The translations under genes were made by a program, and so were the position numbers. Below the pieces are notes generated by a model that saw only the letters and a list, made by a program, of their open reading frames with translations, was not told where the DNA came from and did not search any database. This document shows, piece by piece, positions 1 to 8,250 of a stretch of DNA of 64,000 nt (its first letter is position 1; each line of letters begins with the position of its first letter). The stretch comes from Patescibacteria group bacterium (lineage in GTDB: Bacteria > Patescibacteriota > Patescibacteriia > PEXW01), in assembly GCA_041665345.1 (NCBI GenBank), contig JBAYJA010000005.1, positions 2,913 through 66,912 on the forward strand. Direction: 5' to 3'.

Positions 1-1
1 G

Positions 2-130
2 GACATTCTCACCCATAAGTGCCAGGTATGCGGGCACACCAAACGGAACCGCGTGGCAAAGCGGGATAATCGAGAAACGTTATACGCCTTTGCCGTGGCT
101 TTAGCCAAACGACGAGCATCACGGGCGTAA
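2..130 (+). CDS. RNHCP-domain protein, C-terminal part (5' truncated by window edge)
   Basis: Frame 2 reads DILTHKCQVCGHTKRNRVAKRDN...stop at 128-130, resembling the HxCxxCG..RNR.A.DDN end of RNHCP proteins. Confidence 0.6.
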   Translation, partial: DILTHKCQVCGHTKRNRVAKRDNRETLYAFAVALAKRRASRA

Positions 131-144
131 GTCATTTAAAGACG

Positions 145-179
145 CAAAAAATGCCAGGCGATGTTCGCTGGCATTTTTC
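145..179. terminator. bidirectional intrinsic terminator
   Basis: AAAAAATGCCAG-GCGATGTTCG-CTGGCATTTTT between convergent genes. Confidence 0.75.
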
Positions 180-188
180 TGTTTCAGC

Positions 189-752
189 TTACTGACTATC
201 GACTGTCCGCACAACTTCTTCTGGGTTGGTTGGCTTGCCCAGCTTGAAGATTTTGATAATGCCCCAGGTGAGAATGATGTACACAAAGGCAGCGACCAGC
301 GTTGACCATTCAAAGAAAGCTGTGGTTTCCACTCCTTTGGCCGTGGAGGCGCTAAAGAGACTGGAGAACGGACTAGAAAATGGCGCACTCAGACCGTACA
401 CGAATTTGGAAAATCCCGCTTCAGGGTTTGCGCCCAGGAGTTTGAGGGCGAACCGGAAAGCCAGCACAATTTCAATGAAGCCAAAAATGTACCAGACAAT
501 TTGGTAACTATGGAAAAGGGTTTTCTGCTGGCTGTACGTTTTTGTCGCACCGGCGGAAGCGCCCACAGTGCGTTCAGTCTTTACCGAATTACTGGTGGGT
601 GTTGTGGTTGAGGTAGAGATGGTTTGGGCGGATTGGTTTTGGCCGGTTGCCGTACTTTTTCTAATGGTTTGTTCAGAATTTGCATCTGACACCTTGGTCA
701 GTTCATCTTCGGTATGTGAAGGGGGAAGGTTTGGATCCATATGAGTATTCAT
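189..752 (-). CDS. YggT-like membrane protein with Thr/Ser-rich N-terminus
   Basis: IVWYIFGFIEIVLAFRFALKLLGANP..F..FVY..S.PF..PF motif; two TM segments. Confidence 0.65.
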   Translation of the reverse strand: MNTHMDPNLPPSHTEDELTKVSDANSEQTIRKSTATGQNQSAQTISTSTTTPTSNSVKTERTVGASAGATKTYSQQKTLFHSYQIVWYIFGFIEIVLAFRFALKLLGANPEAGFSKFVYGLSAPFSSPFSSLFSASTAKGVETTAFFEWSTLVAAFVYIILTWGIIKIFKLGKPTNPEEVVRTVDSQ

Positions 753-1009
753 TAAACGCTGCTGAAATTCGCACTTGTCACTACAAAAAAGGTTGAGTGA
801 ATAATTCCTCTCCTCGAACGGTTTCCTGGGTTAGCTACGCACCCGTAGACACGGGCACAACCTAGCGAATACTAGGGTATGTGCAGTATACACCCTTAAG
901 GCGCCAATAGATAGCATGACAAATGGGCAAATAATTACGAATAGGAAAAAATAAAAAAGCTGCCCAGATATCCGTGAGGGATCTGCGCAGCTTCCAAGGT
1001 TCGAGTTTC

Positions 1010-1444
1010 TTATGCCTCGATTGGGTTTGGCGGTGATCCTTCACTGGCAGCTCCTTCTGCGTCTACAATCGGTTCATCTTTCACAAGTACACCATCGTGG
1101 ATCGTGTACACCCCATGCACATTTCTCCCTTCTACAGAGAACCAGACGAGGACGTCGTACGGCACATCAAGTTGCATACGCTCGGGTCCGTACATGTCCA
1201 CGCGCAGACAGTCAGGCAGGAGTTGCAGGTTTGTAACCAAACCGGCGTAGATGCCGCGACGTGTGTCGAGGAATCTTGCCAGGCAAAGGCCATTCCCATT
1301 CGGTGCACCAAAGGTTGGTGACACAGTAAGTCTGAGGGATTCCAGTCTTCTTTGCAGGATGTGGCCAAATGGCTTGCGGTTCACGTCCGCCATTGCATTC
1401 TGCACTTCGACTAGGAAATCAGCAAAAGTCAGCATTTCGCTCAT
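1010..1444 (-). CDS. hypothetical protein
   Basis: ORF with GGAGGTG SD before ATG at 1444; terminator hairpin at ~953-993. Confidence 0.6.
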   Translation of the reverse strand: MSEMLTFADFLVEVQNAMADVNRKPFGHILQRRLESLRLTVSPTFGAPNGNGLCLARFLDTRRGIYAGLVTNLQLLPDCLRVDMYGPERMQLDVPYDVLVWFSVEGRNVHGVYTIHDGVLVKDEPIVDAEGAASEGSPPNPIEA

Positions 1445-1560
1445 GATTATCACCTCCTCGTGGCGAAAAGGACAGTTTGTATTTGCTCGTGCAGTATGGG
1501 CGCAATTTTTGGGATGTCAAGAGCTCAGCGTTGGCTGCTGAGGTTACCCCTGCACCGATA

Positions 1561-2004
1561 CTACCAGCCGAACTGTACGAAGAATATGCCAATGGGTATG
1601 GCGAGCCAGTACCCAAGCGGCAAACCCAAAAACCAGCGTGCGTGCCACCAAATATGCTGTGGCCGAAATTTGGTAATGCCAAAATGCGGGTTGCAAACAA
1701 ACCACAGAAAGTCTTCCAGGGTGAAGTGGAGAATGCAAAAACCCAGCACCAGTGCTTCGCGCTCCCAAGTCCACGGTTGGGCAAAGAGGATTGGCAAGTG
1801 TGCCAGTGCCAGCACCGTCGCGGTCATGGTGAGGTGGTATCCAGTCAGCGGCACTCCTAAAATACTCTGCACCAACTTCCCGTCAAACTTTTTAGTTGGC
1901 AGCTTTGCCGCCCACCCATCCTTGCCTTCAATCTGAATTTCCATCAGCGCATGTGCTGTGGCTGTGCAAAGCAGGAGAATAAGGAAAGCAGGAATGGAAA
2001 TCAT
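1561..2004 (-). CDS. hypothetical membrane protein
   Basis: Hydrophobic ORF with EIQIEG..GWA.KLPT and EDFLWFV.NP motifs. Confidence 0.7.
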   Translation of the reverse strand: MISIPAFLILLLCTATAHALMEIQIEGKDGWAAKLPTKKFDGKLVQSILGVPLTGYHLTMTATVLALAHLPILFAQPWTWEREALVLGFCILHFTLEDFLWFVCNPHFGITKFRPQHIWWHARWFLGLPLGYWLAIPIGIFFVQFGW

Positions 2005-2058
2005 ACTTTCAAGCAGCGCAAGGAAGATGAAAACAGCAAACGATAAAGAACATTCTCT

Positions 2059-3669
2059 CTATATTCCAGCCTCAATTGGTTCTTCTTTTGGAATGCCGGT
2101 TGCTGAATCAATACAATAGGTAGAGGTTTGTCCGCCTTCTGTTTCTGGTTCTAGCAGCGCGCAGATGGTGTAGGCGGTATTCTTATCACGGGTTTCGTAG
2201 CTGTACTTTTCATCTAGTTCAGGTGGTGGAGGGAGCCGGGAAAGATACCGGTTTGGACTGTCAACAAGCTCGGTTAGGGACTGTGGGTATTGGTTACGAT
2301 CATCGTAGAACAAAGCAAGACCGGTACGGATTTGTCCAAGGTCAGATTTTCGTTGGCTGTTCCGAGCTTGGGCACGCGGGCCGCCCAGAAGATCCGAGAG
2401 TGCTTCCTCAAGTGAGGTTGCGTTTTTTGGAACCTCAACAACTGGCTCTTCATTAATATGCCCGAGCATGACACCCAGGGAGAGGTTCAGTTGCTGGTCA
2501 GCTTGCCCAGAGACTTTTGGTAGAGCAACGAGTGAGGTGAATTGCATTTTCCGCGGCATCGCGCTGCCACCTTCAACCCAGATGCTGAGCGTCGCCCCAT
2601 GTGCCACAGCAGCGAATTCCGCATTATTCTCAAACGCGAAAAGCTCCTGCAGGCTTTTGGTAATGCTACTCCCTTGCTTCCCGCGTTTCGTCACGTCTGC
2701 CACGTACGCTGCCTGAAAGGCGCTCCACTGTTCCGGTACGATCCGCGCGTCAATGCGCGTGGTGGACACATCTGCAATGGTTTCTTTTCCGTTCACCTTC
2801 AGGGTGATCGCCTTTTCTTGCAAGCCTACCTTCAGAAAGGTCGCGATTTCTGCTTGTGCATCTTGCAACATGGCATCTGAACCCGTGTTTGCGTTTTTTG
2901 CAGTCTGCCCTAACTCTGCAGTGAGGGAATCTAAGAGTGGGTTATTCGTCATCTCAACCACATACCACTTGCCAGCAAATGTTGTGAGATCCACTATTGG
3001 AATGTACGGTAAGGTCCCGGCGTAGAGGTACAGCTTGCCATCAAGCATGCGGAGTTCAAGATTGCCACGAAAGGATGATCCGCCCAGCGTTACATCACCC
3101 TGGAGTTTTACCACAGCCTTCGCTTGCTTCAGGAGTTCGGGTATATCCGTACCCTCAATCGTTTTGGCAAAGGAGGAAATGCTGGCGTGAACGGCAAAGG
3201 GATTTGGCAGGTCTGCTGTGAGTGCATCCTGGGCATCGGCGGGGTAGGTGGCGGCCGCTGGTGTCAGAGGTTCTGTGACTGCATCCACGTAAAAGGTAAA
3301 TTCTCCGCCCCGGACAGTTTGTAAGGCGGCAAAGGACTTTTCCAGAAGTTGCTCTGGTTTCGTTATGCCGGGTACGGGAATGTAACCTTTCCACGCCCCA
3401 AAAGCCACTCCGCCCAAAATGAGCACGCCCAATGTCGCACCCAGAGCGGTGAGCAATGTACGGCGTGAAAAATGCTTCTTTGGGGTCTCGTTCGGTAAGA
3501 TGGTTTGCACAACTGGCGGCGCAACGGGCGTCTGCGCCTGAAGGAGAGCGGCGGCCTGGTAGTCCTTCCAGCCACTTTCAATAAGTTTTTCCTGAATGGC
3601 GGTATCAGAAAGACCGGCTGCACGTGCCTGCGCTATCCATGTAGCTATTGCTTGGTTACCATCCTCCAT
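2059..3669 (-). CDS. membrane-anchored protein with C-terminal GspG/pilin-like segment
   Basis: N-terminal TM helix; C-terminal ARNSQRKSDLGQIRTGLALFYDDRNQYPQSL resembles the helix after a pilin N-terminus. Confidence 0.7.
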   Translation of the reverse strand: MEDGNQAIATWIAQARAAGLSDTAIQEKLIESGWKDYQAAALLQAQTPVAPPVVQTILPNETPKKHFSRRTLLTALGATLGVLILGGVAFGAWKGYIPVPGITKPEQLLEKSFAALQTVRGGEFTFYVDAVTEPLTPAAATYPADAQDALTADLPNPFAVHASISSFAKTIEGTDIPELLKQAKAVVKLQGDVTLGGSSFRGNLELRMLDGKLYLYAGTLPYIPIVDLTTFAGKWYVVEMTNNPLLDSLTAELGQTAKNANTGSDAMLQDAQAEIATFLKVGLQEKAITLKVNGKETIADVSTTRIDARIVPEQWSAFQAAYVADVTKRGKQGSSITKSLQELFAFENNAEFAAVAHGATLSIWVEGGSAMPRKMQFTSLVALPKVSGQADQQLNLSLGVMLGHINEEPVVEVPKNATSLEEALSDLLGGPRAQARNSQRKSDLGQIRTGLALFYDDRNQYPQSLTELVDSPNRYLSRLPPPPELDEKYSYETRDKNTAYTICALLEPETEGGQTSTYCIDSATGIPKEEPIEAGI

Positions 3670-3798
3670 ACATTTTTTATTAAGTAATTTGCTTATATTC
3701 TAGCAAAAAAATGTGAGTTTGTCAACTAACTTCTACCTTGTCGGATAAGAATGGGTGGGTATAGAATAGAGCTATTCGCAGGTAAATTGCCTAAAAAT

Positions 3799-4221
3799 AT
3801 GGAAACCCAGAAAAAACTTTACCGATCAAAAACCAACCGCGTCATTGCTGGTGTGGCCGGTGGTTTAGGCGAGTATTTTGCCATTGATCCGGTCATTTTT
3901 CGGGTGCTGTTCGTCGCGCTCGCTTTTGCGGGTGGGTCTGGGCTGCTCCTTTACATCATTGGCATGCTCGTCATCCCCGAAGCGTCAGGCGTGACAACCG
4001 CGCAGTCAGAGGTGGTTATTGATAAGGAAGGAAAAGTGCAGAATACCGCCCAAGGCTGGTTGGTTGATCGCCGGAACCTCATTGGCTTGCTCATTGTGGT
4101 GGTGGGCATCATTGCCCTTTTGAATCAGGTAGCCCCCCTACACTGGTTCCGCTGGGACTTCTTCTGGCCAATTGTCATCATCATCGTGGGTGCATACCTC
4201 ATCATGAAAAACCGACGCTAA
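3799..4221 (+). CDS. pspC: PspC domain protein with C-terminal LiaI/LiaF-like TM region
   Basis: KKLYRSKTNRVIAGVAGGLGEYFAIDP PspC signature. Confidence 0.85.
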   Translation: METQKKLYRSKTNRVIAGVAGGLGEYFAIDPVIFRVLFVALAFAGGSGLLLYIIGMLVIPEASGVTTAQSEVVIDKEGKVQNTAQGWLVDRRNLIGLLIVVVGIIALLNQVAPLHWFRWDFFWPIVIIIVGAYLIMKNRR

Positions 4222-4222
4222 T

Positions 4223-5242
4223 ATGGATATTACGAATCAAGAGTCAAAAACACAGAACCCGGAACCAGAAAAGCAGGAGCCAAAGGTGGAACCCAAACCG
4301 AATCCAGAACCGCAAGTTGTGAAAGAAGTGCACCACCATCACTACAAGCGCGGGTTCAATCCTGGTAGCATGTTCTTCGGTCTACTTATCATTGTCGTGG
4401 GTGTGGCTTTTTTGGGCCGGAACGCGGGCTGGTTTGACTTCTCCTTTCAAGTAGATTGGAACATCATTTGGCCAGTCATACTCATTTTGGTTGGTCTGTC
4501 TTTCTTCAACCGGCGGGGTTGGGTGTCTGGGGTTATCGGCGGCATCATCACAGTTATTGTGGTTGGCTTAGTGGCGTGGGCAGTGTTTGGCGGAACCGCG
4601 CACCGGGAAACCACTACAGATACCGTGTCCATTCTGAAACAAGAGAAAGTTGCGGAGAGCGTGGTCAATATCAAGACCGGCGCAGGCAAACTCACCATCA
4701 ACGGTAGTATCCCAGCCTCAAGTACGTCACTCATTACTGGTACGCACACGACGAACAATCTGAGTCTCACCAAGGAGAGCTCATTAAGTGAAACTACACA
4801 GCACACAACCTTGAGCACGAAGTCCAGCGGGAGCTGGGTCTTCAACCATCGTAATGAACTTAGCTTGCAGCTGGCGAAGGATATGCCAACCAGTCTCATT
4901 CTGGATACGGGCGCCATGGACATGACCTTGGATCTTTCTGAGATTCAAGCGAAACTAGTGGATGTGGACACGGGCGCTTCTACGCTCAATCTTACCTTAG
5001 GTGATCTGCTGGAAACTTCTGAAGTGCGGGTGGATGCCGGAGCGAGCACCATCAACCTGACGTTACCCAAAACCCTGGGGGCAAAATTGTCTTTGGACTC
5101 AGGTGCAACGTCGAAGAGCCTCGCAGACTTTACCAAAATTGATGAGCATACCTACGAGTCTACCAACTACAGCTCAACTAGTAAGAAGGTAAACCTGGAT
5201 TTTGACCTGGGGGCAGCCACCCTGGATATTCGGTGGAAGTAA
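4223..5242 (+). CDS. LiaF/DUF5668-type membrane protein with toast-rack-like beta repeats
   Basis: WPVILILVG TM motif, repeated (D/K)xGA motifs; operon with pspC. Confidence 0.7.
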   Translation: MDITNQESKTQNPEPEKQEPKVEPKPNPEPQVVKEVHHHHYKRGFNPGSMFFGLLIIVVGVAFLGRNAGWFDFSFQVDWNIIWPVILILVGLSFFNRRGWVSGVIGGIITVIVVGLVAWAVFGGTAHRETTTDTVSILKQEKVAESVVNIKTGAGKLTINGSIPASSTSLITGTHTTNNLSLTKESSLSETTQHTTLSTKSSGSWVFNHRNELSLQLAKDMPTSLILDTGAMDMTLDLSEIQAKLVDVDTGASTLNLTLGDLLETSEVRVDAGASTINLTLPKTLGAKLSLDSGATSKSLADFTKIDEHTYESTNYSSTSKKVNLDFDLGAATLDIRWK

Positions 5243-5243
5243 G

Positions 5244-5810
5244 ATGATTCCTCAGAAACTCCTTGATGAAGTGGTCGCAGTTGCTCGTCAGCAGGCTGTG
5301 GATTTTGGCACCCCACCATTTCCGCAAACTGAGTACATTAGTATCCAAGGTCAAAATTTAGTAAAAAAACATGGGGCGAATGGAGAAATTGTCTTGGTTG
5401 GAACGTATTTGATGGACGTCATGCTTGGCAAAGCGTTAGCGGAAGGCCAGCGTGAAGAACATATTCAGTGGGGTGAGGATATTGCTACGAAACTCTTTTT
5501 GCAATATTCAGAAATGACAATTGATGAAAAAGAGAACATCCTTTTATGTATTCGCCAGCACCATGGCGGCGTACAATTTCAAACAATCGAAGCAGAGATC
5601 TGTTGTAATGCAGATTGCTATCGTTTTCTCTCAGTACAAGGAATGCTTATTGGTTTAACGAACAGTCGGAAAATGCCAATTGATGCACTGGTGAAATTGT
5701 ACAAAGAAAAGGTTGAAGAAAAGTGGCATGCATTGACCTTGCCAGACTGCAAAACTGCATTATTGCCGCAGTATCAGGCAATTGCAGCGATGCTTCGTGC
5801 GTTTGTATAG
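5244..5810 (+). CDS. HD-domain-like protein (degenerate)
   Basis: YLMD in place of HD, then QHHG and CNADC. Confidence 0.5.
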   Translation: MIPQKLLDEVVAVARQQAVDFGTPPFPQTEYISIQGQNLVKKHGANGEIVLVGTYLMDVMLGKALAEGQREEHIQWGEDIATKLFLQYSEMTIDEKENILLCIRQHHGGVQFQTIEAEICCNADCYRFLSVQGMLIGLTNSRKMPIDALVKLYKEKVEEKWHALTLPDCKTALLPQYQAIAAMLRAFV

Positions 5811-5894
5811 TATTGTAAGAGTCATTTGCAAGAAATTGATTCCTGCGGCATCCTGAAAGGTATGCCGCTTCGCGTCTACCCAAAAAGAAAACAG

Positions 5895-6353
5895 ATGGTT
5901 TCAACCCGACGACTTCTTGGCTTTGGGTTTGGTGCTTTCGCAATCGTATTGCTTGGAGTTTCGTTGTACCCTGAGAACAAACCAGTAGCAGTTGAAGCAC
6001 AATGCGATACGGTTTCCGTAGCGCAGCAGTATGCCGCGGCTGACCTTGTCCTCACCGGCGAAGTTTTTCTGGTTGTGCCGGATGGTGTTGAAAACGCAAA
6101 GGTGCTCATTACCCCTAGCCGTTTGTATAAAGGTAAAGTACCAGCAATAGGTATTGCCATTGCCGCCAAAGCAGGAGCCAACAAAGTGGAAAGCGATGTG
6201 GCCGGGGAGCTGCACTTTGCTTCAGGCCAACCGCCGTACCTACTCTTTCTCAAGACGGGCGAAAACGGTGTGTACACAACCAGTCGCTGCATGGGGAGCC
6301 GGTTGCTAGGCGAGGGACTGACATCTGAAGAACGAAAAGCGTTTGGTATATAG
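5895..6353 (+). CDS. hypothetical exported protein
   Basis: N-terminal hydrophobic anchor, C..ADLVLTGEV and YLLFL..C motifs; start uncertain. Confidence 0.6.
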   Translation: MVSTRRLLGFGFGAFAIVLLGVSLYPENKPVAVEAQCDTVSVAQQYAAADLVLTGEVFLVVPDGVENAKVLITPSRLYKGKVPAIGIAIAAKAGANKVESDVAGELHFASGQPPYLLFLKTGENGVYTTSRCMGSRLLGEGLTSEERKAFGI

Positions 6354-6408
6354 CAAAAGTGTGTCCTGGTAAAAAAAGAGACCTCTATTGCGAGGTCTCG
6401 GTGTTTGC

Positions 6409-7179
6409 TTATGCAAACGAACGGTTGTAGTAGGTCAGATCTAGGCGCCCGTTGCTGCCCTGGTCTGGTATACCAGTGTAGAGCGTAGCTCCGCAGTTGA
6501 TCGGTTTCTCCTCCTCATCAATTCGGTTGAACTCATGTTCATCCAAGCGCTCCAGATTCGCGCGTAAAGCTAGGATGGTTAAGTGGTGACTGACCACGAG
6601 AATTTTTTTCCCGGAAAAGTCGCGCGTAAGGGTGTTCAACCAGGAACGGACTCGTTCCCGTACGTCTGGAACATTCTCTCCCTGCTGCCAGCGAAACCAA
6701 TACGGGCCTTCCTGTTCGTACAAACGCCGTTGCTCTGGGTAGAAAGCAAAGTATATACGCCAGTCGTTGTAGAGCAGTGATAATCCGTGTTCGAGTTCTC
6801 GAATACGTTCTTCCTCAACCATTTTTACGTTTGCAAGTTCTGGCCAACCTTTCTGTAAACCGACTAGCGTGCTCTTCGTTCGTTCGTATGGTGAGCAGAA
6901 AATGAGTTCAGGTGCCGCTATTTGGTCTCTTAGGTTTTGACCAGTTATTACCGCACGTTTTGCTTCAGCGTCTGCAAGGGGCGTTCGACAGTCCGCTACT
7001 TCCAATTTATACCGAAGATGCAAAAGCATAGCAAGCGCGCGCGTTTCCGGAGATTCAGGATTTTCTTCGTACGCTAGTTTGAAGCGATCATACTCCGGGT
7101 CTTGCGCCTTCAATTCCCGTAGTCGGTTGAATTTTGACGTGTCGTGCCGGAGGAACAATATGTAGTTCGGCCATTTCAT
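6409..7179 (-). CDS. histidine phosphatase (phosphoglycerate mutase) family protein
   Basis: LRHD (RHG variant), CSPYERT, RELEHG, GEN, VVSH motifs. Confidence 0.85.
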   Translation of the reverse strand: MKWPNYILFLRHDTSKFNRLRELKAQDPEYDRFKLAYEENPESPETRALAMLLHLRYKLEVADCRTPLADAEAKRAVITGQNLRDQIAAPELIFCSPYERTKSTLVGLQKGWPELANVKMVEEERIRELEHGLSLLYNDWRIYFAFYPEQRRLYEQEGPYWFRWQQGENVPDVRERVRSWLNTLTRDFSGKKILVVSHHLTILALRANLERLDEHEFNRIDEEEKPINCGATLYTGIPDQGSNGRLDLTYYNRSFA

Positions 7180-7246
7180 GTCTTTCTCCTTTTCAAGGTA
7201 ACTGTGTGTTTCATTGCACCTTATGCTATTCCGTTTTTCTCGTCAA

Positions 7247-7358
7247 GATAAAAAAATCGGGGACCACAGTGGTGCTCTGAGATTTACCGACGAACCAGGT
7301 TTTGCCGAAGTGTTTCTTAGGGAGTAACGCAGCTAGAATTATTTTTGTTTAGCGTAGG
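7247..7358 (-). repeat. copy 1 of ~110 bp duplicated non-coding element ending in a terminator
   Basis: Aligns with 7891-7999; shares ACGAACCAGGTTTTGCC and GAGTAACGCAGCTAGAA. Confidence 0.85.
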
Positions 7359-7461
7359 GAATGTTACGACGAATAAGTTACAAAGCTTCTTTGGTAATTC
7401 TCTTAAAAAGAAAAGCGCCGTACCATATGGTCGTGCGCTGTGTCAATTTTTGTTCACTGTC

Positions 7462-7812
7462 TTATCGACGTAGATCTCGCATATCTTCAGCGACTGAAGT
7501 TTGGTTGGGGAAAGTGATGTCGAATGGAGTGCCGCTACTGTAGAGTGTCCCAGCAAAGCAATCTTTTGCATTTCGCCCAACTTCCCCGAGGACGTACCAT
7601 TCACCATTTTCGACGCGTAGGGCGCCTCCAATTTTTAGGTGCCCCTCCGGAAGCAACAATGCAGCTTTGATAACGATTTCTAGTTGCTCTGTACGATCGC
7701 CACCGGTATGAGCCGTACATACGATAGGCTTCCCATCGGCAAAGGCGTTAAGCATTTCCTTTACCCCGGGTGTTATTAACAGGTTGAGTGTGTCTCGATC
7801 GTGGATCTGCAT
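7462..7812 (-). CDS. hypothetical protein
   Basis: ORF with AAGGA SD, upstream TTGACA..TATACT promoter and downstream hairpin. Confidence 0.55.
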   Translation of the reverse strand: MQIHDRDTLNLLITPGVKEMLNAFADGKPIVCTAHTGGDRTEQLEIVIKAALLLPEGHLKIGGALRVENGEWYVLGEVGRNAKDCFAGTLYSSGTPFDITFPNQTSVAEDMRDLRR

Positions 7813-7890
7813 ACGTTCCTTTCTTTTTAAGTTACATTGTATTGTTTTAGTTTCCAGATAGTATAAAGCCATTTCATATTTTGTCAAACG

Positions 7891-7999
7891 GATAAAAAAA
7901 TCGGGGACCATGTGGTGCCCCGAGATTTGCCAACGAACCAGGTTTTGCCAAAGTGTTGTTTGAGAGTAACGCAGCTAGAACTATTTTCGTAAGCGTAGG
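7891..7999 (-). repeat. copy 2 of ~110 bp duplicated non-coding element ending in a terminator
   Basis: Minus strand ends CGGGGCACCACATGGTCCCCGA-TTTTTTT; aligns with 7247-7358. Confidence 0.85.
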
Positions 8000-8250
8000 A
8001 ACGTACCTAGCTGAACGTTTGTTCCATCCAGACCCAATGCTGGTAGGAAGATGATGACCTCCAGGCAAAGCTGGTGTCATCACAAAGTGCGATTTTTTCC
8101 TGACTCGGTGCAAGGTGAAAATAGCACGTTTTTTTGTCCTTTTTCAAGGGGTCGCTGGTTTTTGACGGCAGGTTTTGTGGGTGGTAAGGTAAGCAACTAA
8201 TACACAGATCCAAGTAAATATCGAAACTTAACAAATAGAGGAGGTAGCAC

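Noticed and set aside
7891-8112. 6S, SRP, RNase P or tmRNA identity for the putative sRNA
   Set aside because: No long 6S-like rod, SRP core loop, GAGGAAAGTCC or tRNA-like CCA end
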